Shown here piece after piece: positions 65,730 through 75,461 of a stretch of 248,000 nucleotides of DNA. Within the stretch, counting starts at the first letter, position 1. Every line of letters begins with the position of its first letter. A program made the position numbers and the translations under genes. Under the pieces are notes generated by a model. It was not told the DNA's origin and ran no database searches. It worked only from the letters and a program-made list of their open reading frames with translations. The stretch covers positions 20,001 to 268,000 of the forward strand of contig NZ_JMCB01000008.1 in NCBI RefSeq assembly GCF_000737315.1. The letters are read 5' to 3'. The stretch is from Hyalangium minutum. GTDB lineage: Bacteria > Myxococcota > Myxococcia > Myxococcales > Myxococcaceae.

Positions 65730-66722
65730 ATGCGGGTCGCTATCCTCGCGGACATTCACGGCAATCTCCCCGCCTGCGAGGCTGTCCTCGAGGACATCGA
65801 GCGGATGGCGCCCGACTACATTGTCGCCGCCGGGGATCTCGCGCTGCGAGGCGCCCACCCTCGCGAGACGGTGGAGCTGCTCGCCGACAAGTGCGACGCG
65901 CTGTTGATGGGCAACACGGACTGCTACCTCGCAGGCAACTACCTGGGCGGCGCCTACCGCGACCGGGACCACTGGAAGACGGAACTGCTCCGGTGGACGC
66001 GAGACCAGCTGGGCGAGGCCCACCTCAAGATGCTCGGCGCCCTGCCCTTCTCCATCCGCTACTCGCCGCGCAAGGGCCAGGACCTGTTCGTCTGCCACGC
66101 GAACCCGAAGAACCTCGAGGAGTCGCTGGACCCCACGCTGGACGAAATGTCCGTGCGCCGCTTCTTCATGCACCTGGACGCGGCCGCCTGTGCCTTCGGG
66201 CACCTGCACTTCCCCTACCGCCGCCGCGTGGGCCGGATGATCATCGCCGACGTGGCCAGCGCGGGGATTCCTCGAGACGGAGACCTGCGTCCCGCCTACG
66301 GCATCTTCACGTACACGCCCAAGGGCTGGCGCGTGCAGATCCGCCGGGTGCGCTACCCGGTGCGCAAAGCCACCCAGGCGCTCACCGCGCGCAAGGTCCC
66401 GGGCGGCCCCATCCTCATCCACAAGCTCGTCGAGGCGCGCTACCGCCACCACCACGCGCTGCTGGAGGCCGCGCGCCGCCACTCGGGCCTGCCACCTCCG
66501 GGCCCCGTGCTGCGTCCGCCTCCGGGTGCGCCCGTTCGCAACCTGGTCACCGAGATGCCTGTCGCGGAGGAGCCGCCCGTACCGCGAGACGAGGCCGAGG
66601 CCGCCGCCCTGCGCCAGGAGGCGGTGGACCCCACGGACCTCGGCCACGCCCAGGCTGCGGCGCTGTCGAACGAGCCCGCGCTCGCCGCACAGCTCGAGAA
66701 CGTCAACGACATGGACGGCTGA
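65730..66722 (+). CDS. Metallophosphoesterase
   Basis: DIHGN, GDL, GN, GHLH. Confidence 0.85.
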   Translation: MRVAILADIHGNLPACEAVLEDIERMAPDYIVAAGDLALRGAHPRETVELLADKCDALLMGNTDCYLAGNYLGGAYRDRDHWKTELLRWTRDQLGEAHLKMLGALPFSIRYSPRKGQDLFVCHANPKNLEESLDPTLDEMSVRRFFMHLDAAACAFGHLHFPYRRRVGRMIIADVASAGIPRDGDLRPAYGIFTYTPKGWRVQIRRVRYPVRKATQALTARKVPGGPILIHKLVEARYRHHHALLEAARRHSGLPPPGPVLRPPPGAPVRNLVTEMPVAEEPPVPRDEAEAAALRQEAVDPTDLGHAQAAALSNEPALAAQLENVNDMDG

Positions 66723-66774
66723 CACACAGGCGTCGCTTGCCTGTGTCCGGAGCCAGGGATAGGGACGGCGCTCC

Positions 66775-67269
66775 ATGTCCGTCCACATGCTTCCGTTGAT
66801 GATTGTCCGCCACGCGGTGGCGGAGGATGAACACCCGCTCGGTGACGAGGCCCGCGCCCTCACCTCCGAAGGCCGCGCCGCCTTCCGCCAGCATGCACGC
66901 AAGCTCGCGCGCCTCACCCCACTGACGGGCATCGTCACGAGCCCGCTGGTGCGCGCCGTTCAGACAGCGGAGATCCTCGCCGAGGCCTTCGGCATCGGAC
67001 AGGTGGAGGTGCACGGCGCGCTGCTGCCCCACGCGAACGCGCACAAGCGCATCCTGGAGCTGGCCTTGGAGCTGGGTCAGGGCTGGGCGCTGGTGGGCCA
67101 CAACCCGGGGCTGGCCCGCGCCGGTGCGCGAGCGCTCGGCGAGGAGCTTCCAGACAAACTGCGCAAGGGTACCGTGCTGGCGCTGAACCCTTCCGGCAAG
67201 CGCTTCGAGCTGGCCTGGTTCGCCTCACCCGGGCGGGCCGTGCTGCGCCCCGGCGAGCGCCGCTCCTGA
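66775..67269 (+). CDS. sixA: SixA-like phosphohistidine phosphatase
   Basis: RHA, SPLVRAVQTA, GHNP. Confidence 0.85.
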   Translation: MSVHMLPLMIVRHAVAEDEHPLGDEARALTSEGRAAFRQHARKLARLTPLTGIVTSPLVRAVQTAEILAEAFGIGQVEVHGALLPHANAHKRILELALELGQGWALVGHNPGLARAGARALGEELPDKLRKGTVLALNPSGKRFELAWFASPGRAVLRPGERRS

Positions 67270-67330
67270 GCACCGGTTGTCACAGGCCTGCAACACGGCC
67301 GCGCAACCCTGCGAAATCCCAGTGCACGCT

Positions 67331-67359
67331 TCGTCACGCAGTTGTTTCACCTGCGTCAC
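67331..67359 (+). promoter_or_regulatory. Pho-box-like repeats
   Basis: GTCAC units 22 bp apart, plus TTGTCAC at 67277. Confidence 0.45.
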
Positions 67360-67395
67360 GATGCCGCAAACGGCGAGGACTATCTCTGCGCCGTC

Positions 67396-68085
67396 ATGTC
67401 CCACGTCCTCATCGTCGATGACGAGCGAGATCTCGCCGAGCTCATCGACTTCAACCTGAAGTCGGCTGGCTTCTCCACCCAAGTCGCCTCGACGGGCGAG
67501 GCGGCCCTCTCCGCGGCAAGGCAGCAGCGGCCCGATCTCGTCCTGCTGGACCTGATGCTCCCGGACATGCCCGGCACGGAGGTATGCCGGCAGCTCCGAG
67601 CGGGAGCGAACACCCGGGACATCCTTATCGTCATGCTCACCGCCAAGGGCGAGGAGGCGGACCGCGTGCTCGGCTTCGAGGTAGGCGCGGACGACTACGT
67701 CACCAAGCCCTTCAGCGTCCGCGAGCTGGTGCTGCGCCTGAAGGCCATCCTGCGCCGCAGCGGGGCGCCGAAGGACAGCGTGGCGCCCGTGACGCTCGGA
67801 TCCCTCAAGCTGGACGTGGGCGCCCACCGCTTCTACGTGGAGGGCAAGGAAGTCCCCCTCACCGCGCTGGAGTTCCGCCTCCTGGAGTACTTGATGACGC
67901 GCGTAGGCCGCGTGCAGTCGCGCGAGCAGCTCCTCGAGGAAGTCTGGGGCCTGTCCAGCGCACTCGAGACGCGCACCATCGACACCCACGTGATGCGCCT
68001 GCGCGACAAGCTCGGGCCCGCGCGCACCTCCCTCGAGACGGTGCGCGGTGTCGGCTACCGAATCGTCGACTCCGCTGCCTCCTGA
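67396..68085 (+). CDS. Second PhoB-like response regulator
   Basis: Receiver + OmpR wHTH, paralog of 63659. Confidence 0.85.
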   Translation: MSHVLIVDDERDLAELIDFNLKSAGFSTQVASTGEAALSAARQQRPDLVLLDLMLPDMPGTEVCRQLRAGANTRDILIVMLTAKGEEADRVLGFEVGADDYVTKPFSVRELVLRLKAILRRSGAPKDSVAPVTLGSLKLDVGAHRFYVEGKEVPLTALEFRLLEYLMTRVGRVQSREQLLEEVWGLSSALETRTIDTHVMRLRDKLGPARTSLETVRGVGYRIVDSAAS

Positions 68086-68180
68086 AGAGGCGTGACCCAT
68101 TTGGCACTCGCGCGCCGCGAAACAGCCACAGACACCCCATAAATCGCCCGCGCCGCTATCCACTGGAGTTGCACACCCCG

Positions 68181-69422
68181 ATGAAAAACGTCCTTGTTGC
68201 TCTGATGACCTTGGCCTCGAGTGCCGCGCTGGCGCAGGCCGCCGAGCCGCAGCCGGCCACGGGTGCCACGCCCGCAGCCGAGACCTCCGAGGCCCCCGCC
68301 GCCCCCGCCGCCCCCTCCGTGGAGGAGCGGCTGACCACCACCGAGGGCAAGGTCGCGGCGCTCGAGGAGCAGAACATCGAGACGAAGAACGATCTCGGCA
68401 TCCTCAAGAAGCTCAAGTTCTCCGGCTACATCCAGGCGCGCTACCAGTACCAGCAGACGGACTACGACGAGGCCGCGCCGGAGCTGAAGCTGACGGACGG
68501 CTTCAGCCGCTTCACCGTGCGCCGCGGCCGCATCAAGGCGGCCTACACCGGCGATACGGGCCTGGCGATGATCCAAGTCGACATCATCCCCACGGCGGTG
68601 CAGCTGCGAGACGCGGAGGCCACGCTCTTCATCCCCGGGACCAAGCAGAACCTGTCCATCACGCTGGGCCAGATGAAGGTGCCGTTCAACTTCGAGGGCC
68701 CCTTCTCCTCCAGCGAGCGCGAGTTCCCTGAGCGCTCCCGCATGACGGGCGCCTTCCTCCCGGGCGAGCGGGATCGCGGCGTCCGGCTCAACGGCAAGTA
68801 CGGCGCCCTGCGCGCCGCCGCTGGCGTCTTCGATGGCAACGCCATGAACAACGTGGGCTTCGTCGGCACGGACAATGACAAGGAGAAGGACGTCATTGGC
68901 CGCCTGGGCTTTGACCTGAAGTGGATCTCCGGCGGCATGTCCGGTTGGAAGGGCCTCACCCTGGGCAAGCGCAATGGGGACACTACGCGGAAGGCCTACC
69001 CGCGCACCCGCCTCGGTGCCGACCTTCAGGTCTATCTGGATCTGGTGCCCGTGGGCGGCACGGCCTTCAAGGCGGAGTACGCCACCGGGAAGACCTACCA
69101 GCGCAACAACGTCGAGCAGCTCGGCCTCCCCGCGAGTGGCTGGTGGGCGCAGATCGCCCAGAACATCGGTGTGTCGGACGAGGCGGTCGTCCGCTACGAG
69201 TACTTCGACTACGAGAACGGCCGGCCCGCCCAGGAGAGCGGCAGCAAGCTGGGCGCCAACAACGCCATCGGCACGCTGGGCCTCGCGTACATCCACTACT
69301 TCGGCGAGACCGTGAAGCTCACTGCGGCCTACGAGCTCAACAAGACCGAGACCGTCAAGGACGGCACCGCCGAGGACCCCACCGACAACCTCTTCACCCT
69401 GCAGCTGCAGGCCCGTTACTAG
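68181..69422 (+). CDS. Phosphate-selective porin (OprO/P-like)
   Basis: Signal peptide, short coiled coil, beta-strands, first gene of pst operon. Confidence 0.75.
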   Translation: MKNVLVALMTLASSAALAQAAEPQPATGATPAAETSEAPAAPAAPSVEERLTTTEGKVAALEEQNIETKNDLGILKKLKFSGYIQARYQYQQTDYDEAAPELKLTDGFSRFTVRRGRIKAAYTGDTGLAMIQVDIIPTAVQLRDAEATLFIPGTKQNLSITLGQMKVPFNFEGPFSSSEREFPERSRMTGAFLPGERDRGVRLNGKYGALRAAAGVFDGNAMNNVGFVGTDNDKEKDVIGRLGFDLKWISGGMSGWKGLTLGKRNGDTTRKAYPRTRLGADLQVYLDLVPVGGTAFKAEYATGKTYQRNNVEQLGLPASGWWAQIAQNIGVSDEAVVRYEYFDYENGRPAQESGSKLGANNAIGTLGLAYIHYFGETVKLTAAYELNKTETVKDGTAEDPTDNLFTLQLQARY

Positions 69423-69453
69423 TCCTCTCACCTCTCAAAAGGAGAGCCTTCAC

Positions 69454-70275
69454 ATGAAGAAATTCCTCGCGTCATTCCTCGCCGTCTTCCTGCTGGCCCT
69501 CCCGGTGGTGGCCCAGGCGGGCACCGTCACCGTCAAGGGCTCGGACACCATGGTCATCCTCGGCCAGCGCTGGGCCGAGGAGTTCATGAAGAAGAACCCC
69601 AGCACCAAGCTTCAGGTGACGGGCGGCGGCTCCGGCACGGGCATCTCCGCGCTCATCAACGGCACCACCGACATCTGCATGTCCAGCCGCCCCATCAAGG
69701 ACGCGGAGTCCGAGAAGCTCCGGACCCGCTTCAACACCACCGGCACGGAGATCGCCGTCGCCAAGGACGGCGTCACCTTCTACGTGAACGAGAAGAACCC
69801 GCTCACCTCCCTGACGCAGGAGCAGCTCAAGGGCATCTACCTGGGCGACATCACCAACTGGAAGGACGTCGGCGGCCCGGACGCGCCCATCGTCGTCTAC
69901 TCCCGCGAGAACTCCTCCGGCACCTACGTCTTCGTGAAGGACAACCTGCTCGGGGGGGAGGACTACACCGCCAGCGCGCAGACGCTGCCGGGCACCGCCG
70001 CGGTGGTGAACGCCGTCTCCAAGGAGAAGAACGGCATTGGCTACGGCGGCGCCGCCTACGCCAAGGGCATCAAGGAGCTGAAGATCAAGGTGGGCAGCGC
70101 CGAGGTGGCTCCCAGCGCCGAGAACATCAAGAGCGGCAAGTACCCGCTCTCGCGCGATCTGTACTTCTACCTGCGCAACAAGCCCACCGGTGAGGCGAAG
70201 GCCTTCATCGACTACGCCCTGTCGGCCGAGGGCCAGCAGCTGGTCACCAAGGTGGGCTACTTCCCTGTGAAGTAG
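69454..70275 (+). CDS. pstS: Phosphate-binding protein
   Basis: GSDT, GGGSGTG, SRENSSGT. Confidence 0.93.
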   Translation: MKKFLASFLAVFLLALPVVAQAGTVTVKGSDTMVILGQRWAEEFMKKNPSTKLQVTGGGSGTGISALINGTTDICMSSRPIKDAESEKLRTRFNTTGTEIAVAKDGVTFYVNEKNPLTSLTQEQLKGIYLGDITNWKDVGGPDAPIVVYSRENSSGTYVFVKDNLLGGEDYTASAQTLPGTAAVVNAVSKEKNGIGYGGAAYAKGIKELKIKVGSAEVAPSAENIKSGKYPLSRDLYFYLRNKPTGEAKAFIDYALSAEGQQLVTKVGYFPVK

Positions 70276-70276
70276 G

Positions 70277-70298
70277 TCGTCACACGATTGTCACGCGA
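70277..70298 (+). promoter_or_regulatory. Pho-box-like direct repeat before pstC
   Basis: TCGTCAC and TTGTCAC 11 bp apart. Confidence 0.5.
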
Positions 70299-71322
70299 GG
70301 CGCTGAGTCAGATGGATAGAGAAGCCGCCATGCAGCAGGGTCTCGCGGAAACCATGGTCGTGCCGCGGCTGTCTCCGGCGGCGCGGCGACGGCAGCTCCG
70401 GGAGAAGGCCATCGCCGGCCTCATCACGGTGATGGCTTTCACCGGCATTGCCGCGCTGGTGCTCATCATCGTCTTCATCGCGAAGGAGGCGCTGGGGCTC
70501 TTCCTGGATGCCCACGCCCGCGAGGAGGCGAGCCTCGCCAAGATGTTCACGGCCCAGCCCACCCGGCCGGGCAAGCCGCTGGCCTACCTCTGGCAACCGG
70601 TGTCCAACGTGCCGAAGGTGAGCATGATCCCGCTCTTCGTCGGCACGCTGAAGACGACGCTCGTGTCCATGCTGGTGGCGGTGCCGGTGGGCGTGGCGGC
70701 CGCGCTGTTCGCCGCGGAGTTCGCGCCCCGGCGGCTGCGCGAGCTGCTCAAGCCCGTCATCGAGCTGCTGGCGGGCATCCCGTCCGTGGTGCTCGGCTTC
70801 TTCGCGCTGATGGTGCTGGCCTCCTTCCTCCAGGACACCTTTGGCTTCACCTACCGGCTCAACGCCGTGGTCGCGGGCCTGGGGCTGGCGCTGGCCATCG
70901 TGCCCGTCATCTTCACCGTGTCCGAGGACGCACTGACTGCGGTGCCTCGCAGCTACCGGGAGGCCTCGCTGGCGCTGGGGGCCACGCCGTGGGAGACCGC
71001 CTGGAAGGTCGTCCTTCCCGCGGCGGCCCCGGGCATCCTCGCCGCGTGCGTGCTGGGCTTCGGCCGGGCCATCGGTGAGACGATGATCGTCCTGATGGCC
71101 TCGGGTAACGCCGCCGTCGTCTCGGCCAACCTGAGTGACTCGGTGCGCTCGCTGTCGGCGACGATCGCCGCGGAGATGGGCGAGGTGGTGGTGGGCAGCC
71201 CTCACTACTCACTGCTCTTCTTCATCGGCGTGGAGCTGTTCATCTTCACCTTCATCCTGAACATGCTGGCGTCCGCCTGGACGAAGCGCGTCCTCAAGAA
71301 GCTCACGGGAGGTGCCGCGTGA
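70288..71322 (+). CDS. pstC: Phosphate ABC permease
   Basis: LAGIPSVV, RAIGETM. Confidence 0.93.
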   Translation: MSREALSQMDREAAMQQGLAETMVVPRLSPAARRRQLREKAIAGLITVMAFTGIAALVLIIVFIAKEALGLFLDAHAREEASLAKMFTAQPTRPGKPLAYLWQPVSNVPKVSMIPLFVGTLKTTLVSMLVAVPVGVAAALFAAEFAPRRLRELLKPVIELLAGIPSVVLGFFALMVLASFLQDTFGFTYRLNAVVAGLGLALAIVPVIFTVSEDALTAVPRSYREASLALGATPWETAWKVVLPAAAPGILAACVLGFGRAIGETMIVLMASGNAAVVSANLSDSVRSLSATIAAEMGEVVVGSPHYSLLFFIGVELFIFTFILNMLASAWTKRVLKKLTGGAA

Positions 71323-72230
71323 AGTACGGCACACGCCGGACATTGGGCGGCGCCCTGACGTCTCTGACGGGGCTGGCCGCGCTCCTCATCGTGGGGATGC
71401 TCGCGGTCATCCTCTGGGACGTAGTCCGAGGCGGCATCGGCCACGTCACCTGGCAGTTCCTCTCCGAGCCTCCCTCGGACGGCATGATGGGCGGCGGCAT
71501 CTTCCCCGCCCTCTATGGCACGGCGGCGCTGACGCTGCTGATGACGCTGGCGGTGATGCCGATGGGCGTACTCACCGCCGTCTATCTGCATGAGTACGCC
71601 CCGCCCGACTCGCAGCTGGCGCGATGGGTCCGGGTGGCCGTCGCCAACTTGGCGGGCGTCCCCTCCATCGTCTTCGGCCTCTTCGGGCTGGGATTCTTCA
71701 TTCACTTCGTCGGCGGCAGCCTGGATCGAGCGCTCGGATATCAGGAGCTGCACTGGGGCCAGCCCGGCATCCTCTGGGCCTCCCTCACGCTGGCGGTGCT
71801 GACGCTGCCGGTGGTCATCGTCGCCACGGAGGAGGCCCTGCGCGCCGTTCCCTTGGATCACCGCACGGCGAGCCTCGCGCTGGGAGCCACCCAGTCCCAG
71901 ACGCTGATTCGGGTGGTGCTGCCGGGCGCGCTTCCGGGCATCCTGACGGGCGCGGTGCTCGCTGTGTCCCGCGGAGCCGGCGAGGTGGCGCCCATCCTCT
72001 TTACCGGCGCGGCCTACTTCCTGCCGGAGCTTCCCTCGTCGCTGAGCTCGCAGTTCATGCACTTGGGCTACCACACGTACGTGCTCGCCACGCAGTCGCC
72101 GGACGTGGAGGCCACCCGTCCCCTCCTCTACGCCACGGTGCTGGTGCTGCTGATGCTCACCTTCGCCCTCAACCTCATCGCGGTTGTCATCCGGACTCGG
72201 ACTCGCCGGAAGGCCGCGAACGCCCACTGA
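71319..72230 (+). CDS. pstA: Phosphate ABC permease
   Basis: [16 protein letters not shown]. Confidence 0.93.
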   Translation: MKYGTRRTLGGALTSLTGLAALLIVGMLAVILWDVVRGGIGHVTWQFLSEPPSDGMMGGGIFPALYGTAALTLLMTLAVMPMGVLTAVYLHEYAPPDSQLARWVRVAVANLAGVPSIVFGLFGLGFFIHFVGGSLDRALGYQELHWGQPGILWASLTLAVLTLPVVIVATEEALRAVPLDHRTASLALGATQSQTLIRVVLPGALPGILTGAVLAVSRGAGEVAPILFTGAAYFLPELPSSLSSQFMHLGYHTYVLATQSPDVEATRPLLYATVLVLLMLTFALNLIAVVIRTRTRRKAANAH

Positions 72231-72240
72231 GACGCCGTCC

Positions 72241-73017
72241 ATGACCTTCCAGCCGCCCAGCCCGCGCATCAAGATGGAGGCGCGGGAGCTCACCCTTCGC
72301 TACGGCACCAAGGTGGCCATCAACAAGGTGAGCATCGCCATTCCCGAGCGTCAGGTGACGGCGCTCATCGGCCCCTCCGGGTGCGGGAAGTCCACCTTCC
72401 TGCGCTCGCTCAACCGGATGAACGATCTCATCACCAGTTCGAACCACACCGGCACCATCCTGTTGGACGGCGCGAGCATCCACGACTCCCACATGGACGT
72501 GGTGGATCTGCGGCGCCGCGTGGGCATGGTGTTCCAGAAGTCCAACCCGTTCCCCAAGTCCATCTTCGAGAACGTGGCCTACGGCCTGCGGGTGGGCGGG
72601 ATGAAGGACCGGGCGGAGCTCAGCACGCGCGTGGAGAAGTCCCTGCGCAGTGCGGCGCTCTGGGACGAGGTGAAGGACCGGCTGGACGAGAGTGCCCTGG
72701 GCCTGTCCGGCGGCCAGCAGCAGCGCCTGTGCATCGCCCGCGCCCTGGCGGTGGAGCCCGAGGTGCTGCTCATGGACGAGCCCGCGAGCGCCCTGGACCC
72801 GATCGCCACGGCGAAGATCGAGGAACTCATCCACGAGCTGAAGGCGACCTATACAATCGCGATCGTCACCCACAACATGCAGCAGGCGGCGCGGGTGAGC
72901 GATCGGACGGCTTTCTTCTACATGGGCGAGTTGGTGGAGTGCGGTCCCACGGAGCAGATCTTCACGAACCCCCGTGAGAAGCGCACCGAGGACTACGTCA
73001 CCGGGAAGTTCGGGTAG
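72241..73017 (+). CDS. pstB: Phosphate ABC ATPase
   Basis: [24 protein letters not shown]. Confidence 0.96.
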   Translation: MTFQPPSPRIKMEARELTLRYGTKVAINKVSIAIPERQVTALIGPSGCGKSTFLRSLNRMNDLITSSNHTGTILLDGASIHDSHMDVVDLRRRVGMVFQKSNPFPKSIFENVAYGLRVGGMKDRAELSTRVEKSLRSAALWDEVKDRLDESALGLSGGQQQRLCIARALAVEPEVLLMDEPASALDPIATAKIEELIHELKATYTIAIVTHNMQQAARVSDRTAFFYMGELVECGPTEQIFTNPREKRTEDYVTGKFG

Positions 73018-73030
73018 GAGCGAGGGGCGG

Positions 73031-73720
73031 ATGCCATCGATACATACCGACAAGGCTTTCGAGCAGGACCTGCGCGACCTGCGCGAGCGGCTGCTGGCCA
73101 TGGGCGCCAAGGTGGAGACGCTCATCGCCAACAGCGTGCGCGCGCTCACGGACAGGGACTCGGCACTGGCCGAGAACGTCATCAAGTCCGACAAGGACGT
73201 GAACCGCCTGGAGGTGGAGATTGACGATCTCTGCCGCCGCATCCTGGCGCTGCGGCAGCCCGCCGCGAGCGACCTGCGGCTCATCACCACGGCGCTGAAG
73301 ATCGTCACGGACCTGGAGCGCATTGGAGACCTGGCGGTGAACATCGCCGAGCGCTCCATTGACCTGAGCCAGGTGCCGCCGCTGGCGCCCTACATCGACA
73401 CGCCGCGGCTGGCCGAGCAGGCGCAGCAGCAGGTGAAAAAGGCGCTGGACTCCTTCGTGTCCAATGACGTGGTGAAGGCCGAAGAGGTGCTCAAGGGAGA
73501 CGATCTCCTGGATGCCCTCTTCCTGAAGATCTTCAACGAGCTCCTCGCGTACATGATGGAGGACTCGAAGAACATCCGCCGAGCCACGGCGCTGATGTTC
73601 ATCGCCAAGCACCTGGAGCGCATCGGCGACCACGCGATGAACGTGGCGGAGATGGTCATCTACATGGTGCGCGGCAAGGACATCCGCCACCCGCAGAGCC
73701 GGAACATTCCGCAGGAGTAG
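73031..73720 (+). CDS. phoU: Phosphate signalling protein
   Basis: Two DLERIGD / HLERIGDH repeats. Confidence 0.96.
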   Translation: MPSIHTDKAFEQDLRDLRERLLAMGAKVETLIANSVRALTDRDSALAENVIKSDKDVNRLEVEIDDLCRRILALRQPAASDLRLITTALKIVTDLERIGDLAVNIAERSIDLSQVPPLAPYIDTPRLAEQAQQQVKKALDSFVSNDVVKAEEVLKGDDLLDALFLKIFNELLAYMMEDSKNIRRATALMFIAKHLERIGDHAMNVAEMVIYMVRGKDIRHPQSRNIPQE

Positions 73721-73730
73721 CAAGCAGCCG

Positions 73731-73946
73731 GTGTCCTGGCAGGCGCTGCCGGCGGTGCTCTTCAAGGACGCCCTGCTCTTCATGGCGTGGTGCCATGGTC
73801 TGTTCAGCCGGACGGTGGACTGGCGAGGCACGCGGCTCCGGGTGCTGCCGGGCACGCGTCTGGTCCCGGTTCCCGTGGAGGCGCCAGCCTCGCTGGAGCT
73901 TGTCCCGAGCGAGGCCGAGCCGGCCGAGGAGCTGGTCGCGGGGTAA
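73731..73946 (+). pseudogene. C-terminal remnant of a ceramide-glucosyltransferase/HpnI-like GT2
   Basis: KDALLFMAWCHGLFSRTVDWRG..LRV resembles the GT tail; no catalytic core. Confidence 0.5.
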
Positions 73947-73951
73947 CCGCG

Positions 73952-73980
73952 TTGTCACACAGGGCTCCCACGGCTTTCAC
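73952..73980 (+). promoter_or_regulatory. Pho-box-like repeats
   Basis: TTGTCAC and CTTTCAC 22 bp apart upstream of a phosphoesterase. Confidence 0.4.
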
Positions 73981-74024
73981 CTGCGCGCCATGAGGGTGTC
74001 TTCTCGGAGGGCTACTGATGGAGC

Positions 74025-74858
74025 ATGCCCTTTCGGAAGCTGGCGCACCTCTCGGATCTCCACCTGGACCTGAGCCCTGGCAGCGACGCGGCGGCCCGAG
74101 CCCTGGTGGAGAGCCTCCTCGCCGCGCAGGTGGATCATGTGGTGGTGACGGGAGACCTGACGCACCAGGGAGCGAGCGCGGAGTTCCGCCGCTTCCGGGA
74201 GATCTTCGCCCCGCTGCTCGATACGGGGCGGCTCACCTTCATCCCCGGCAACCATGACCGCCCTGGGGACGACGTGGTCGGCCGGTGGATGCAGGGCCGC
74301 AAGGTGTGCACCGTGGAGCGCGAGGGCCTTTACCTCGTGTGCATCGACTCCACCGGGCCACACAACCGCTCCTACTTCGCAAGCCATGGCGCCCTGTCGT
74401 TGGCAGAGTTGGAGGAGGTGGACGCCGCCGTGGCCGCCGCTCCGCGCGAGGCGCTCACGGTTCTCCTGCTGCACCACCACGTGCTGCCTCTGCCCGAGGA
74501 GAGCCTGCCCGAGCGGCTGGCCACTCGGATGGGCTGGCCCTACGCCTCGGAGCTGGTGCTAGGAGCCAAGCTGGTGGCTCGCGTCCGAGGGCGCTGCGAC
74601 CTGATCCTGCATGGGCACCGGCACGTCCCCCGGGAGTTTGATCTGGGGCTGCACCAGGGGAGGGCTCTGCGGGTGTACAACTCGGGCAGCTCCACGGAAC
74701 TGGGACAGTTCCGGATGTTCACGCATGCGGGCGGACGCCTGCTCGCTGCCCCAGCGTGGCAGCAGACGGCGATGGCTCCGGCGCCGAGGACCGCGAGCCA
74801 TAACGTGCTGCCTGCGCTCCAGTACTTGGCGAACCAGCTGAGCACGTCGCTCTTCTGA
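74025..74858 (+). CDS. Metallophosphoesterase (CpdA/Icc-like)
   Basis: SDLH, TGDL, PGNHD, GHRH. Confidence 0.85.
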   Translation: MPFRKLAHLSDLHLDLSPGSDAAARALVESLLAAQVDHVVVTGDLTHQGASAEFRRFREIFAPLLDTGRLTFIPGNHDRPGDDVVGRWMQGRKVCTVEREGLYLVCIDSTGPHNRSYFASHGALSLAELEEVDAAVAAAPREALTVLLLHHHVLPLPEESLPERLATRMGWPYASELVLGAKLVARVRGRCDLILHGHRHVPREFDLGLHQGRALRVYNSGSSTELGQFRMFTHAGGRLLAAPAWQQTAMAPAPRTASHNVLPALQYLANQLSTSLF

Positions 74859-74951
74859 GGGCCCCTCCTGGCTCCGGCCCGGTTCGCTCCCCTGCCCTCC
74901 GACCCAGCAGGCCCCAGGCCTTCCGTTGAATGCTGGGGTCACTTCTCGGGG

Positions 74952-75356
74952 TTGTCCTCGTGTCAGGGAGGTTCTTTGGGTCGACCAAGCACCAACGGGA
75001 ATGGGGTACGCAAGGTTCTGGTCGTCGATGACGACGCGGACTGGCGAGAGTTCCTGAGGCTGTGTCTGGAGGAGCTCGGCTACGAGGCCATCGAGGCTGC
75101 GGATGGGCAGGAGGCCTTGGACTCGCTCTCCCGAGAAAAGTACGGCGTCGTGCTGCTCGACCTGAACATGCCAGGGATGAGCGGCTTAGAGGTCGCGGAG
75201 CGGATGCCGCGCAACACGAAGCCGCGCGTCGTCTTCCTCACCTCCGCCGCGGCCTCGGATGTGGGCAGCGCCTTGATGTCGGGCCCCCACTACTACCTGC
75301 CCAAGGGCGCCAGCCGCGACCAGCTGTCGCTCCTCCTACAATCGCTCGAAGCCTGA
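74952..75356 (+). CDS. Single-domain response regulator
   Basis: VDDD, DLNMP, K. Confidence 0.8.
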   Translation: MSSCQGGSLGRPSTNGNGVRKVLVVDDDADWREFLRLCLEELGYEAIEAADGQEALDSLSREKYGVVLLDLNMPGMSGLEVAERMPRNTKPRVVFLTSAAASDVGSALMSGPHYYLPKGASRDQLSLLLQSLEA

Positions 75357-75461
75357 GTTCAGAGTAGCCACCAGGGTGGCTGCTCGCGCTAGAACTTCCA
75401 CAGTGGGCCAGGGTGCTCTTCTGGGGAGGATCTCATCGCGTCGGAACTCGTCATCGTTTTA

